A stretch of DNA of 64,000 nucleotides, taken from the NCBI GenBank assembly GCA_051294375.1, contig CM119267.1, positions 6,003,992 through 6,067,991 of the forward strand, written 5' to 3'. Source of the DNA: Paraspadella gotoi (Eukaryota; Animalia; Chaetognatha). The translations under genes and the position numbers were made by a program. This document shows positions 35,620-48,596 of the stretch, one piece after another; the stretch's first letter is position 1, and every line of letters starts with the position of its first letter. Below the pieces are notes generated by a model. That model saw only the letters and a list, made by a program, of their open reading frames with translations. It was not told the origin of the DNA and did not search any database.

Positions 35620-37689
35620 CTAATCCAAATCGTCCTCCAATTGAATTTTTTCAAAAAACTGACTCGCTTCGAACCCTAGAATTTCTCCGTATATGCGATT
35701 GGTACGACGATAATGCGTTCCGTCCCAATAGAGCTTGCCACAGAAAGAGCAAAGGTAAAAGTTTTCGATGCTTTGAAAAACCAGTTCGGGAATGATGGCT
35801 AAGTCGAGTGGTCGCGCTTCCTTGGTTAAGGGAGAAGTGAAGGTGCAATCGTCGAAGCTGATACCAATCTCTTCTCCGCAACGCCTGGCGTCTTCGACCG
35901 AAGTGCGTGGTCCTTCATTTCCGCTCGCATCTTCAGGCGTTTCTGATTCGACAGGCGTCCAGCGTCTGTCTTTATCCGACGGGGAATCGCTCCACTTTCC
36001 CTTTCTTCGTTGACTTTCGTCCACAAATTTGTCCCACAGATGAAATACAACGTCGGTGGGGACGAGGGTCCATTTGTCCGAATTGCATAATTGGCATCGG
36101 CTGAAGATGTCGGCCGGTTCGACACGGACGTTGAAGCTCTTCAATACTGCGATGCACTCCAACTTGACGTCACCCTGATTGTTGACGCAGATGCATCGCC
36201 CGGGAGCGACGAAGCCGCTGAGACGAGAAAACGTCTTTCCGCTCGTGAGAATGACGCGATCTTCCGCTAGGGCGATCTTGGCGGCCTCGTCGTGATGCTG
36301 ATCGTTCGAAAGAATCCGGACGTCGCAACCGCAAAGGCGGAGTTGGCGGCCGAGGCCTTGAAGCATAGTGTCGCAGACGATTTTTAACTCCTTGGGTGTG
36401 AGAATCGGGCGAGTTTCATCGACCTCCAAAACGCAACTGAAGAAAGCGTTAATCAATAAGCTCATCTTCATAATATATTTCAAAACAAAATCACCTTTGA
36501 ACTTCTTCCATTAACTCCTGTTTCGCCAAAACGTGCTTTCTGCTCCTCGTCTGCCGAAGAACCTCTGCCTTCTCCGCCTTCCGTCTCTTTTTCTCCTTCT
36601 TCTTTTCCTCCTTTTCTTTCTCTTCTTCCTCAGATATTTTAGTCAAGGTCATCTTCTCCAAGTCGATGTCTTCCCCACGACCAGAGGCCTGCAGGCGCCG
36701 ATACAGTTCGTCGTACACTTGCAGGAGACAGAAGCTGTCGAGAGCCGCGTAGACCATCTGTGACTCTCGCAGGGGACGCCGATTCCAGTCAGAACACTGG
36801 GGCCGTTTGTCCAGCGGCTTTCCGAAAAGTGTCTTAACGAGACCCGAGAGACCCTGGGAGTTGGTCGCCGAAGCGCGGGTTTTGGTTTCGGGAGTAGTCA
36901 CGGCTTTATCATCATCTAAAGTGGCCGAATCGAAAATTTCAGGAGCGAGACTTTCCAGCTTTTGCACAATCCTGTTTAACTCGATAATGTTTTTGGCTTG
37001 GAGTTTGGCGACCTGTAAAGCCGGCACTGAACGCGTCAGACACTTTAGATCCTCGGAAGCGCCGAAGCCCAACTTGCAGACCCTCGGGTTTGCGACGAAA
37101 GCTTCCCCGATACCTTTAACCCACTGTTCGTCGGAGAGCAAGTTGGACAACGAAAGAATATCAAGAAGAAAGACTTTAGAATCAAAGGCAACTTGTAATA
37201 GAGCCACTTTGGGGTTTCCGATTTTCGAATGCGGGGGCCATTCAGCGTCTATGCCGACTTTTTGGACGGCGTTCTTGTCCTCGAGACAGCGTTGGAGTTC
37301 GCCGAGAAAAGTCTCGTACTTTTCCACGGTATCGACGACTATTATGTCAGAAAACGCCAGAGGGAACGGGTGATATGCTTCGTCTTTTGAATGATCACGT
37401 CGCCGAACGCCGAAACTGACGGGGCCATCCGGAAGATTCTTAAAATGCTCAAAAACTGAAGGCGGTAAAGACTGAGGAGAAAGGTTCAATTTCTTGGCCC
37501 ATTTAGCGGCGCGAAAGAAGTCTCTCATATCAAAAAGAATTTCGACGATGGCGGGAGCAAGATCAGGTCTTGACCTAAAAAAAAATTAATGAAGGAGAAT
37601 CAATTATCATTTTCGTTTCACTTTCGCCAAAATGGCTCTCTTACTAAGAATTTGATGAAATCTGATCATTGATCCCCATCGACCCCGCG

Positions 37690-37760
<71 letters not shown>

Positions 37761-38910
37761 CATTGAAATTTTTTTCTATTTGTTCACCAAATTTCAAGCC
37801 CGAAATACATTACTACACTTAATTTTAATAAATTTCTCCTCAGGTAAATTACCTAACGACGCTGTCCACGTTATCCGCCCATGTTTGTTCATCGACGGAT
37901 TTTTTAAAGAGAAACTCCCGGGTCTGATGTCGCATGAAGCCGATCTCCCTGTACTCCAGCAACAACGGGCACGCTTCCTCCTCGTTTAATCGGAACTTTT
38001 TGACCAACTTCGTAGTCAATCGGCCGAGCACGCGTTGGTTCAACTGGTTGAGCTTGTAGTTTTTTTTCCGGAGATCGTAACCCTTAGAAATCAAATGCTC
38101 GTGCAGATGATGAGTTCTCAATGAAGACCAGTAGTCGAGGATGCGGACGAGCTCCTTTTGCGCGGCCTCGTCGTCAGCCACGTAGGCTTCTGCTAATTGA
38201 GCTTGGTCCGAAAGGAGGAGGGGAATTAGGATTGATTCGAAGTCATAGTGGGATTGGACTTTGAGTACGACGATGATGCGAGCCGCCGACACCACATTGT
38301 TCTGAATTAATATAATAAAACATTGTAATTTTTTTCAAGTTATAACACCATTTCTATACAAAAGCATTAAAAAAAATTAGTCACAGGTGTCAGAGAGCTA
38401 AATGGTCCTAAAATAATACAATAAAAATCTAGCTAGCGAACGAGATGAACGGAAATGTTGCAAGAAAGACCCAAGACTTGCCTAATTCACATGTTAATTC
38501 ACCTCGGCCAGCAACGCTTCTACCCTCGGCAAAAACGTCTCCTTAAAATCCGCGAAACCGAAGACGGCGTCAAACTTGAGCAGGAGCGGCATGGAAGAAG
38601 ATTTGAGGGCGAGATCGAAAGCGGCTCGACGGGTCTCGACGTCGACGAGCTCGTCCCTGCGCTCGCGAAACTCCGAAGACGGCAGCCACGACTCCAAGAA
38701 AACCTTGAAGATCTCCGCGACGAGCGAAACGTCGCCTTTGAGTTCGCCGGCGAGAAATAAAAAGAAATGATAGGGATTCGGGGCGGAGGAGAAGCCGAGG
38801 AACAACTCAGCCCGCAGTCGAGATTTCATGTCCTCCGGGGAACGCCAGATCATTTTAAGGCGCTGGACCCATTCGTGGTCGTCGGTCGGGGCGGGAGTGT
38901 AATCGGCCAT
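35620..38910 (-). CDS. EXD3: Exonuclease mut-7/Nibbler homolog (multi-exon)
   Basis: DEDDy motifs VGIDAEW, EDLK and QCSDWNRRPLRESQMVYAALD; Mut7-C domain CDTMLQGLGRQLR, SRCQLCN and CSFCGKLYWDGTH. Confidence 0.93.
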
Positions 38911-39123
38911 ATTTTAAAATTTCTTACTTTTAAAATCTTTATGGAAGAACGAAAAATTGGACGAGAGCTAGAATTGAGAAAGGAGAAACATCACAGCTGG
39001 GTACAAATTTATGGATAATTTGATGATAAAGAAAAAAGATATGAAAATGCAGATAAGCCTAACTCTATGAATAACTGAGAATATCAGAAAGTCGAGACGG
39101 AAAACCCCGCTCATCAGTATTGC

Positions 39124-42100
39124 TCATCCCTCCTCTTGCAGTTGATTGTAATTGGCGAGAGTTTGGTGAATCATTGCTTTGGAGTATTTGCACTTAGGCG
39201 AACCGCAGGCGCACAAAAAGTCTTTGTACTTGATGATCCAAAACTTTTCGCCGTAGTCGAAGCCCAACTCCTCGCCAGCCTTGATGTCAGTGGAGGCAAA
39301 GAAGCAGATACGAGGGAATCGGAGGTCTTGGTGGTCGACGAACACCTTGATAGGGATGATGTTTGGCTCGCAACGGTGATTGATAAAGCGGGCCACGTTG
39401 CCATAGCGTCGAGCGTCGATGCAGTAAGTGTCGCCGTCTTTGTTGTCCAGATCAAAAAGGTAGGAATCGTCCTCTCGATTGTCCGCTTCGGAATCGGAGA
39501 TAAGTTCGCCCACGTATTCACATATGAAGGAGCCCTGTGAAATATCTAAGATGGCGCGAACTCCCCAGCCGCGGCCTTTAGTCTTGTAGATTTGGATGCG
39601 TGCGGTTTGCCCGTGCTGAACAACGCGGTTGGAACAGGTTTTCCAACAACGGCAACCGCGGTTGCATTCGAACAGCAGTGGAGGCTCCGTGTAGTTGAAG
39701 TCCTTGGTGAGGCGTCCCTCTTTGTCGTACCAACAGCGAAGAGAGTTGCGCGCGCAGAGGCAGGACAATGTCAAACAATCCTCCGAACAGCTGCAATTCT
39801 GTTAAAGAAAATAATATTGTGATTATCCTTTCATTTCGCTGCTGTATTTAATATTAGAAGACGTTTGAAAGTTTATACAACGATTTTTTATTTCAATTTG
39901 AAACGTACATGTTTCGGCTCTTGTACGAGCCTTCATCAAAAAGGGAACACACGAGATTGCAGACACAAGACATTATTTACAGAAGAAGAATTTTTTTGCT
40001 TAACGATTTTTTTCTATAAGGAGAAAAAAAACAAACAAAAGAACAAAGCAACCCTTTTTTTAACCAAAAAAACAAAAAACAAAAAACAAAAAAAACAATA
40101 GACGGTTGATTGATTTATGAGGACAGCTCACTTGTAGACTGGTGACGGTCCTGTTGATCGGCAAAGGCGTTGTCTCTACGCTCTCAATGATGTAGAGAAA
40201 GTCGAGAGGAGCCGGCTGATTGTCGATGGCGTTGATAGCGCTCACGGCTTGGTTCTCTCTCCCCAAGCTGATGTCGCGATGAACCATCTTCTCCAGGCTT
40301 CTTCCGACCCCTTGAGTGACGCTTTTCAGTTGCGCGTTGACGCGGAGAGCCATCCAGACTACTGAGTTCTGGTCTCCGCGGGCGCAAGCCAAAGGCGTTT
40401 CGTTGTTGTTGTTCATCGCGTTGACGGAAGCTCCACGAGAAAGGAAAAGGACGACACAGTCGTAATGATCCTGATTAAGATTAATAATAAACGAATTATT
40501 TAAAAGAACGAATAACACATTGACGCGAACCCGCACCTGCCGAGCGGCGATGTGAATGGGTTTGTCGCCCTTGTCGTTGACGGCCTCAATGTCGCAACCG
40601 GCGTCGAGGAGCAGTGACGCGATGTCATGACTTCCGGAGAAAGCGCTCCAGTGCAGCGAAGTGTTCTCCTCGTTATCCTGCACATTAGGATCGGCCCCGA
40701 GTTGAAGCAACAGCCGCGCGGTCTCCACGTGGCCATGTTCCGCCGCCCAAACGATGGCCGTCCATCCGCCATCGTCTTGCGCATTTGGATCAACCGAACA
40801 TTTTCTGTTTTAGAAAAAAATTAAATTAAGGCTTCAACAACATAACTGGCACTAGTAAAATACTAGAAAAGTACGTTGTGGCGAATCCTAAATTCGCCTC
40901 CCATAAAGCTTGGTGAAACTCAACTTGTCCCAATGGCTTGTTCCGGGTTAAATCATTTTAATCTCTCTTACACACCTGAGAAAGAACTCGACAATCTCGT
41001 TGCATCCGTTCTGAGCTGCGAGATGCAGCGCGTTCATGCCGTCTTCTCTTTTCGCGCTGACATCAGCCTTCGCTTTAACCAAGTAGTGGACTAAATCCAG
41101 GTTCTTCCTGACGACGGCCTCCATAAGCACGGTGTGCAGTGACGCATCAACGGCGTTCACGTTGGCACCAGCTTCGACTAGAAGGTGGACGACGGCGAGG
41201 TTCCCGCTCTCTAGGGCACCAAAGAGAGCCATCTTTCTTTCCTTGCCTTCTTCCTGCCTCACATTGGGATCGAGCCCGTCAATGAGCATGAACAGGACCT
41301 TCTCGAAGTCGCCGTCTTTTGCAACCTTATAAAGATTCCGGGAACCTCCCCGGACCTGACGGCCCTTTTTGTCCAATATGCTCGAGACCGCAGCCATGGT
41401 GTCCTGGGGCAGTCCCAAAGGCATGTGGCGAAACGTAAAGTCGGTGCCGTCGGAGCGTTTAATTTTTATGGAGAGGGAAGGATCGAATCCAAACTTTTCG
41501 GACTTGACCTTTCCCGTCTTAGTTTTGGGTTTGGCCGAGTACTTTTCGAAGCTCATCTTGGCCCTCTTTGAAGTACCGGCGGTCGGAACCAGTTTCTGGG
41601 AAGATCCGGAGGAAGAGCCGAGGCCGACTTCGCGGACGACCCTATCTCCCGAATCTCCCAAGACATTGTCGCACTCCGAGGATTCCATGGCCTTCAGTCG
41701 AAGTTCGATTTCATGCTGTTCGCTCTTTTCGCCGCAATGGGGGCAGAGGGCGTCGCCAGAACGGTCCGTGTTGAAGCATTTAGGGTGGAACCAGTGCTTC
41801 CACTTGCCATCACGACGGCACTGTAAAAATTTACCCTGCGAGCAGAAGACGCCGCAAGAAGGGCAGCACTGATGGTGGTGCATTCGTAGGCGGTGTAAGT
41901 CGCAAAGAGCCATGAAGGGGATGCGTGTGGAAGGACGAATGAGTTCAGTACCTGGAATTTAATGCGGCGAAACAGAATTATTGTGAATAAAATAGATCAA
42001 TCTTTTCTTTAAACGTCATAACAAGCACGGAGTAATTATTTTTTGAAAAATTTTCATAATGGGGTTTACTGTGTTAAGAGCAAAAAAAAAGTTTTTGCCA

Positions 42101-44394
42101 GATATTTCGACATATATTTTTCATGTCATCATCAGTGGAAAAGAAATAACAGAGAAAAACATTTTTTATAAATAACAATTCACAAATTGAAGGATGAATG
42201 AATAGAAAATATATGTTGAAATATCCCATTATGAAAATTTTTAAACAAAAATAAAAATCAATCTTTTATAATGACGTATTACATGTATTTCGAATTAAAA
42301 TCAAAATTTACCCGTCACTTTTCCGTTGCAGGGAACCAAATTATCATCAATGGCGTCCAAAGCCTGACAACACAAAGAATGTTGAATCACGGTAAATGTC
42401 GTTCCGGGAATTTTGCACGTGCACAATGGCTGGTAGACCATGCTACCGTGCTTCATCAAAGTCCTTAACATTTCGCGAGCTTTCAATTTCATCAGTTTGC
42501 TCTTTTCTTCCGCGGCCGTCGAGGCGTTTTCCGCCTGGATCTTAACCTCCGCGGCTTCGGTTTTCTTCTCCATCGACCCCTCGCCCGCCTTCTTTCCATC
42601 CTTTTCCGGAGAACGAGCTTTTTTCTTGGCATTCTCTTCCTTTTCCACTTTCTTTCCTTTATCCTCGTCCTTAATTCTCTTCGCGCTCTCCTCTTTAGGC
42701 CTTTTCCAATTCTCCTCCTTGTTCTTCTTGGCACCCTCGTCCTTTCCCTCTTTTCCCTTGGCCTCGGTCTCATCGGCCTTGCGCTTCCTCGACGTCGTCT
42801 CCAACTTTTTCCCGCTGGGCGTAGAGGTAGAATCCGTCGCGTCTTTCTTTCTTCTTCCTCCTCCTCTCCCTTTTTCCTTTTCCCTTTTCATGGCGTCCAA
42901 CTTCTTCTTCCACTCTTCTTGCCACGCTGCGGCCGCGCCCAAGGAACTCTCGTCGACCTCGTCCTCCTCAGTGTCGACGGCGGGTAGAGTGTCGGTGCCG
43001 GAAAGAGAGGCTTCGTCGGGGTCGTCCTTAGTGATCTCGGCCAAACGGACTGAGACCTCTGGACCTCCGGTTAAATTCGACGTTTCCGGTTCCGAAGGCG
43101 TCATGTTCGCTGAAGGGGTCGTAGAAGATTCGGATTTGGGAGAGCTTTTCGTCGTGGTTTCAAAATCCACTTTCGAATTTGTCCTAAGTTCAATCGCGAC
43201 TTGGCCGCAAGTAACAGTTTGCTGTGTGGGTTCCGTAGCGCTCACATTTATCGAAGTTTTGACAGATTCCGGCGCGGCAAGGTTGGTAATGTCTTTCTGC
43301 GCGGCGATCTGGCTTTTAACTTCGATGCCTTTGGCTATTGATATTTCGCTCTCTTCGAGTCCCTCGTCTTTTTCCACTAGATTCGCCCCCACTTCGCTTG
43401 CAACATCGTCTCCATCGAGAGACGAAGGGGCGTCCTCAACGTCTATGTCATTGTACAGAAAGATCTCTTCGTCTTCGCTTCCGGCGATAGAGGCCAATTC
43501 GGCTTGGCCTGGCGCCCAGGGCAGGCTTTGCTGCGGACTCCCTAGTTTATCGGGGGAACAGCCGCTCAGAGAGTTCGGGCTGGGATCCTCGTCTTTAGCC
43601 GTGGTCTCTGGCCCCTTCTGGGCCCCGGTTTCCGAGGGTGAGACATAAACGGGCTCAGCGAAACTACGATCCGATTTGGAGGCCGCAGATGATCGCTTAG
43701 GAAAATCGGAGAAGCTTTGCCGAACAGGGGGAGTCTCGTAGACGGCTCTCGAAGCCGAAGATAGTCCGTGGTCGCGGGAAGCAAACTCGCGAGCGGGCCA
43801 GACCGGGCGTTGATTTTCGGGAGCATGGAGACGAGAAGAAAGGGAAATGCCGCTCCTGAAGCCGCCATGAAATCCGACACTCTCAACGCCTCCGTGAAGC
43901 GATCCAGACTCGCGGAGGCGAATGCAATTTTGTTCGGACATCCTGTCCGCGATAAAGTCGCTGTGCCTCCGATTAGGGTCCACGGCTCGGTCCTGAAATC
44001 GATCGCTGAACCTTCCAAAGTCAATTCGATCTCCGTCCGAAAATCGCGAAGGAAAGCGAGATGCATCCATTGAAGAACGAAAAGGTGAAGACGCGGTACT
44101 TCTTTGGCCGTACCCGAAATAATGGCCTCCGTTGTTTATGGTAGAATTTCCACTTAAATTCCTTACCGGGAAATTATTTACGGAAGGGCCAAAATTGGAC
44201 GAATTATTGTAGTTATTGCCAAAGTTATTGGACGAGTTGGAAAGCATGCTGGAAAACCCCGGGTTGTTGCCAGAAAGAGAGGCGAAACGAGCAAAATTGT
44301 TTCCATTGTTACAATCATCCCCGAATCCGTTTCCGCTCAAACTGGTCCCGAACGCGGGAGGGTAATTGGAATGACGACGAAAAGGGTCGCCCAT
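39124..44394 (-). CDS. EHMT1: Euchromatic histone-lysine N-methyltransferase (G9a/GLP), multi-exon
   Basis: Cys-rich domain ([16 protein letters not shown]), ankyrin repeats, pre-SET, SET ([21 protein letters not shown]) and post-[11 protein letters not shown]; single invertebrate EHMT1/2 ortholog. Confidence 0.95.
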
Positions 44395-45898
44395 TTTCTC
44401 TCTTTTATCTATACACAGAATTTTAAACAAAGAAAAGGGGATTTTCATCAATGAGAAAAACGGCACTATAGGATGCTATTGGCGAAGAGCTACAAGAGGA
44501 TCAAACTACTATGTCATAATAGCAACGATCCAAGAGTGCTTATGACAAATAAAAAAAAACATTTTAAGAGTTATTCTTCGGCTCCTTTTAGGGAGTGAAA
44601 AATATTTAAAAAGTAAGTAGCATTAGTTAAAAAAGGGGCAATACCGAAAAATGAAACGATCGCAAAAATATCAAGGTTTTCTCAGAATAAGTAGTATTAC
44701 TAAAACTGAATTTACAGTACTGGTATCGTAACACGAATACAGCAGCGAAAGCTTCGGAATGTATAGTATTTGAACGTTTAATACAGTAGTAGAACTATTA
44801 AAAATCATAAGTGGTAAAGATAAATGTTAAGTGTATATCCCCCTTTAAAAAGTCCAGCAGAGAAATGTTGCTAAGATCTCTTAGAATTTACTGAGTTATC
44901 AAGAGGATTGTCACAATGCCTTATGATGCGTACAATGTCGAACAACTGTTTTCGTTTAGATAATAATTTCAATAAATAAAAATCTCATTTCATCCAATCT
45001 TATAATTTCAAGGCCCTCTAAGCGTAATAAAAATATTAAAATCCTCGAAATCAAAAAGCAACAGTTGAATGCACGAAGAATCAAATTGGATATGTAACGA
45101 ACTAAGTTGACAATATGAAGTTGAATAAAAGAGGCTCTCAAAAAGAAGCGGAGAAAGAAAAGCAGTACGTATGTGATCCAAGGGGAAGAGATAAAACTCG
45201 CCTTTATATTTTATAAACAAAATCTAACGATTTGGTCTTAATAAAAACATTTAAAAACCTTATGAATATTATAAACAGCACAGAGAAGCGTTATATTTAT
45301 AACAACAACAAAAACGATGTCGCCAAACGAAAATAAAAAAGCTTAAAGAATTCGAGGATTTCAAAATTCGCGAGGTCGCATTAAAATTAAAATGAATATC
45401 GGATAATGAAAAAAGAGCATTGCCTTAGCTCATGCCTTAGCTGCATTGCCTAATTCAATTAATTAGTTAATTTTTCTGATGACATAAAGACTAATAATTT
45501 ATCATATTTTTATTAAGTATTATAAAGTAGCAATTATTCCTCCTTAACATCGCATCATATATCAAGGAACGATTTGACGCCAACTAGGTCGAACATGAAT
45601 GTTGAATATTTAGTTTTATGACTAATCAAGAGAAAAAAAATCTTTGATTAAAAAAATCTTATAAAATTTACTCTCCAACTTGTACTCTCCAGTCCCCCGT
45701 TCATTTTCAATGTCTCCGAAAGCAAAATTCGAGAAGATGCTCCGCTCAATTTCCCGCAATCCCTCGTAACCTTTGGATCGATTCGACGAGGCTCCCGAAA
45801 TTTACTTGTTTTGAACAAAGCAACAACAAAAAAATAGACCCGTTGCACGCGCGCGGGGCTTTGGGAGAAAAACGAGAGCCCAGCACGACGAGTTCCTC

Positions 45899-46405
45899 TC
45901 AATCCAAGGCTTGAGGAGGGATCGAAGGGGCCGGAGCTCCGACGGTGGGCGGGCCGCCCGCCAACGGGTGACCGGGCAGCGTGTGTCCCGCAGGAGGAGA
46001 GGTTCCGGCCGCCGCCAGCTTGGAGGTGGAGATAGAGGTCTTCCGGTGCGGAATAACGTCGGGCGAAGGGTGGGAGATGCCCGTTGGCACGTTGGGAACC
46101 GAAAGTTTCTCGCCGGTTATTGTCTTGCCCTGCAACTTGGGAATGGGCCCCAACTTGGCACCCTGTCCGCGAGCCATATTGTAGTCGCCAGAGTCGAAAT
46201 ACTTTTGACCCCTTTGAAGCAACTTCTTCTGCAAAAATAAAGAGCCGCCCGGTCTAACGGCCGTAGGGAACCGAGACTTGAGCTTCTCCTCCTCTTGCGC
46301 CACGATCTTGCGCGGATCTTCGGCGACCTCCGGTCCGGGGGCATGGCCGGCAGTCGCTGGGCCGGGGGCCCCGATGGAACCGTTGTCTTCGGCGGGCAGG
46401 CTCAT
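45899..46405 (-). CDS. ENSA: Alpha-endosulfine/ARPP19 (PP2A-B55 inhibitor)
   Basis: EEEKLKSRFP, LQRGQKYFDSGDYNMA and HRKTS. Confidence 0.93.
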   Translation of the reverse strand: MSLPAEDNGSIGAPGPATAGHAPGPEVAEDPRKIVAQEEEKLKSRFPTAVRPGGSLFLQKKLLQRGQKYFDSGDYNMARGQGAKLGPIPKLQGKTITGEKLSVPNVPTGISHPSPDVIPHRKTSISTSKLAAAGTSPPAGHTLPGHPLAGGPPTVGAPAPSIPPQALD

Positions 46406-46653
46406 CGCTCGCGATCCGCGGATTTTTACTTATCTCGATCGCGAAAATAACGTCTAAGGAGGAAAATAATGTGAAATGATCGGCGGGTATAAATTAACAA
46501 AAAATGTTCATACAATCGAGAGACACTGTTTCGATAATGGGATTCGAAAAAAAAAAAGTGTCGACAATAAAAATAAAAAAAGGGACAAAAAGGGAAGTTG
46601 GAAAAAAGTCTCTGAGACAACTGATAAGCCAATTTCAGTCTCCAATTTGTTCG

Positions 46654-47831
46654 TTAAAACCAAGAACTCTCCATGACCGACACGTCGAGTTGAGGCGGAG
46701 CTTCCGCGTTTTCCTCGGCTCGCCTCGAGATGGTCGTCGTCCCCTCGCTCTTCGACCGATCGGTTTCCGTCAAGGCGCCGTCTTCGGTAAGGCTCGAGCT
46801 TATGCCTAACAGTTCTCTGAGGCCGAGGTTCTCGACCTCGAGCCGGGCCACCCTCTCGATCTCCTCGAAATCCTCGTCCTCGTCTTGGCGGCTTGAAGAC
46901 CGTATAACTTCCACCATCTCCGTCAATTGCTCCGTCCGCGACTGGAGTTCCTCTATGACTTCGTCGTCTCGAAGCATGCGCGTCGTCGTGCCGGCGATGA
47001 GGCCACTCATGCGTTCGCGATACTTGGTCATGATCATGTCTAGTGTAATTTGATGCTCCTCCAACAGGAGTCGGAGCTCTTGGTTTTCGCGTTGCAGTTT
47101 GGTAATGTCGCGATTTTCCGGACGTTGGACGGCGTAAAGGGAGGAGGGGTCGCCGATGTTCGGTTGGCAAGGCTCGGGATCTTGTAGTAGGATGAGAAAA
47201 ATAAGAAGAAATTAATACAAAAAGTTAAACAATCGAATCACAATAAAGTATATAGGACCTAATTCATATCTTAATAGTTCCCTGAACAGGATCTACGTTT
47301 ATTAAAAGACATCTGGGCGAACGTGACTTGAATTTTTTTTTTCCAGCGCGATCTTTTGTTTTCCAAAGCAAGGACTGTTTTGGTCATACCATCCTCAACC
47401 CCACCTATGCCCTGGAACGAGCTCGCCAGGCCAAACATGCTAAGTACGAAGGCAAACTGCCGGCCGACGTTGGCTTCATCCCTCTGGTTGTTACTACCTT
47501 CGGGGCATGGGACCTGGATGCTTTCTCAAACTTAAAAGATTTCGCCAAACTCCAAGCAACGAATGCAGGCTTAGATATCGGCAAAACGTCTAAGCACTTT
47601 TTTGAGAGACTTTCTGTCTGCCTTCAGCGCGAGAACGGGGACCTGCTCGCTTCCCGAAGTCCCGTGATTGAGTTGCCGTCTCATGTGGACGGAGTTGCTT
47701 GACTTTGTCTCCCGATCTCTTCTTTTTCATTTTCATTTTTATCTTCCCCTTATTTGTTCTCGTTTATTGTTGACATAAGTTATTTTTGCAACCATTCCCG
47801 CAATTATTTGTTTGCTCTGTTTTCTTTTCAG

Positions 47832-47875
<44 letters not shown>

Positions 47876-48280
47876 CATCACAAATAAAAACTATTTAGAT
47901 GATTTTAAAATACGTATACGTATACTGAATATTACCTAGACATTAAACCTTATTAACCTTATCAAACATATTAATTTAATCCCCCAACCGACAGTAAATC
48001 AGTCGCCCAAACCCTGCAATCATTAATCGACTTCCCCCTCACCCTGAAGTGACCCCGTGCGGGCCGGGTGTTTGTCCCAGTCTCCGCCCACGCCCTCTTC
48101 GTTGACCTCTTCCCCGTCGAACTCGTCGGCGTCGACCGGAAACGAGGCCTGCGCCTCCGTGGTCTTCTTAAGCGCCTCCGCTTGATCAATGAGCGAATCT
48201 GCGGCGGCGTCGTGACGCTGGAGGCGCATCACCAGGCATTTCACGTCCTCGACAAGAGTTTCGACCGTGATGGTGCCCAT
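46654..48280 (-). CDS. FGFR1OP2: FGFR1OP2/SIKE family STRIPAK component, 2 exons
   Basis: TVETLVEDVKCLVMRLQRHDAAADSLIDQ, LQRENQELRLLLEEHQITLDMIMTKYR and LEVENLGLRELLGIS. Confidence 0.88.
47373..47870 (+). mobile_element. 5'-truncated CRE-like (restriction-like endonuclease) non-LTR retrotransposon in the FGFR1OP2 intron
   Basis: KHAKYE..GFIPLVVTTFGAW..FFERLSVCLQRENG, a 3' UTR, a ~39 nt polyA, and (AAA)GCAAG target-site duplication at 47365-47372 and after the polyA. Confidence 0.85.
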
Positions 48281-48596
48281 AGTCTCACAGTTGTGATTAA
48301 TAATTTTTTTAAGGGGTTGACGGGGACGGCCGGGAGTTGGGGACCAAGGGTTAAACAGCTTTCATTACTTCCTCTGTTAACAAACACATTAAATTAAAGA
48401 CTAGAATTACAAAATTAATGCGCGAAGGCAAAGTTTTAAATAAAATATCCGGTTTAATTAATCAATAACGTAATCAACTGCCAGGGTATAAATTTTAAAA
48501 ATTACGGTTAATTTCTGTTCCCGTCCGACCAAATGCGACAATCGTAAACAGATTTATTCTGTTTTTTCTAGTCAGACTAGTTAAATAGGCAACATA

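Noticed and set aside
39094-39117. CTGATGA on the minus strand as a second hammerhead
   Set aside because: No GAAA core after stem II; explained as a MITE terminus.
42440-43648. 402 aa plus-strand ORF
   Set aside because: Antisense shadow of the low-complexity EHMT N-terminal exon; no recognisable motifs.
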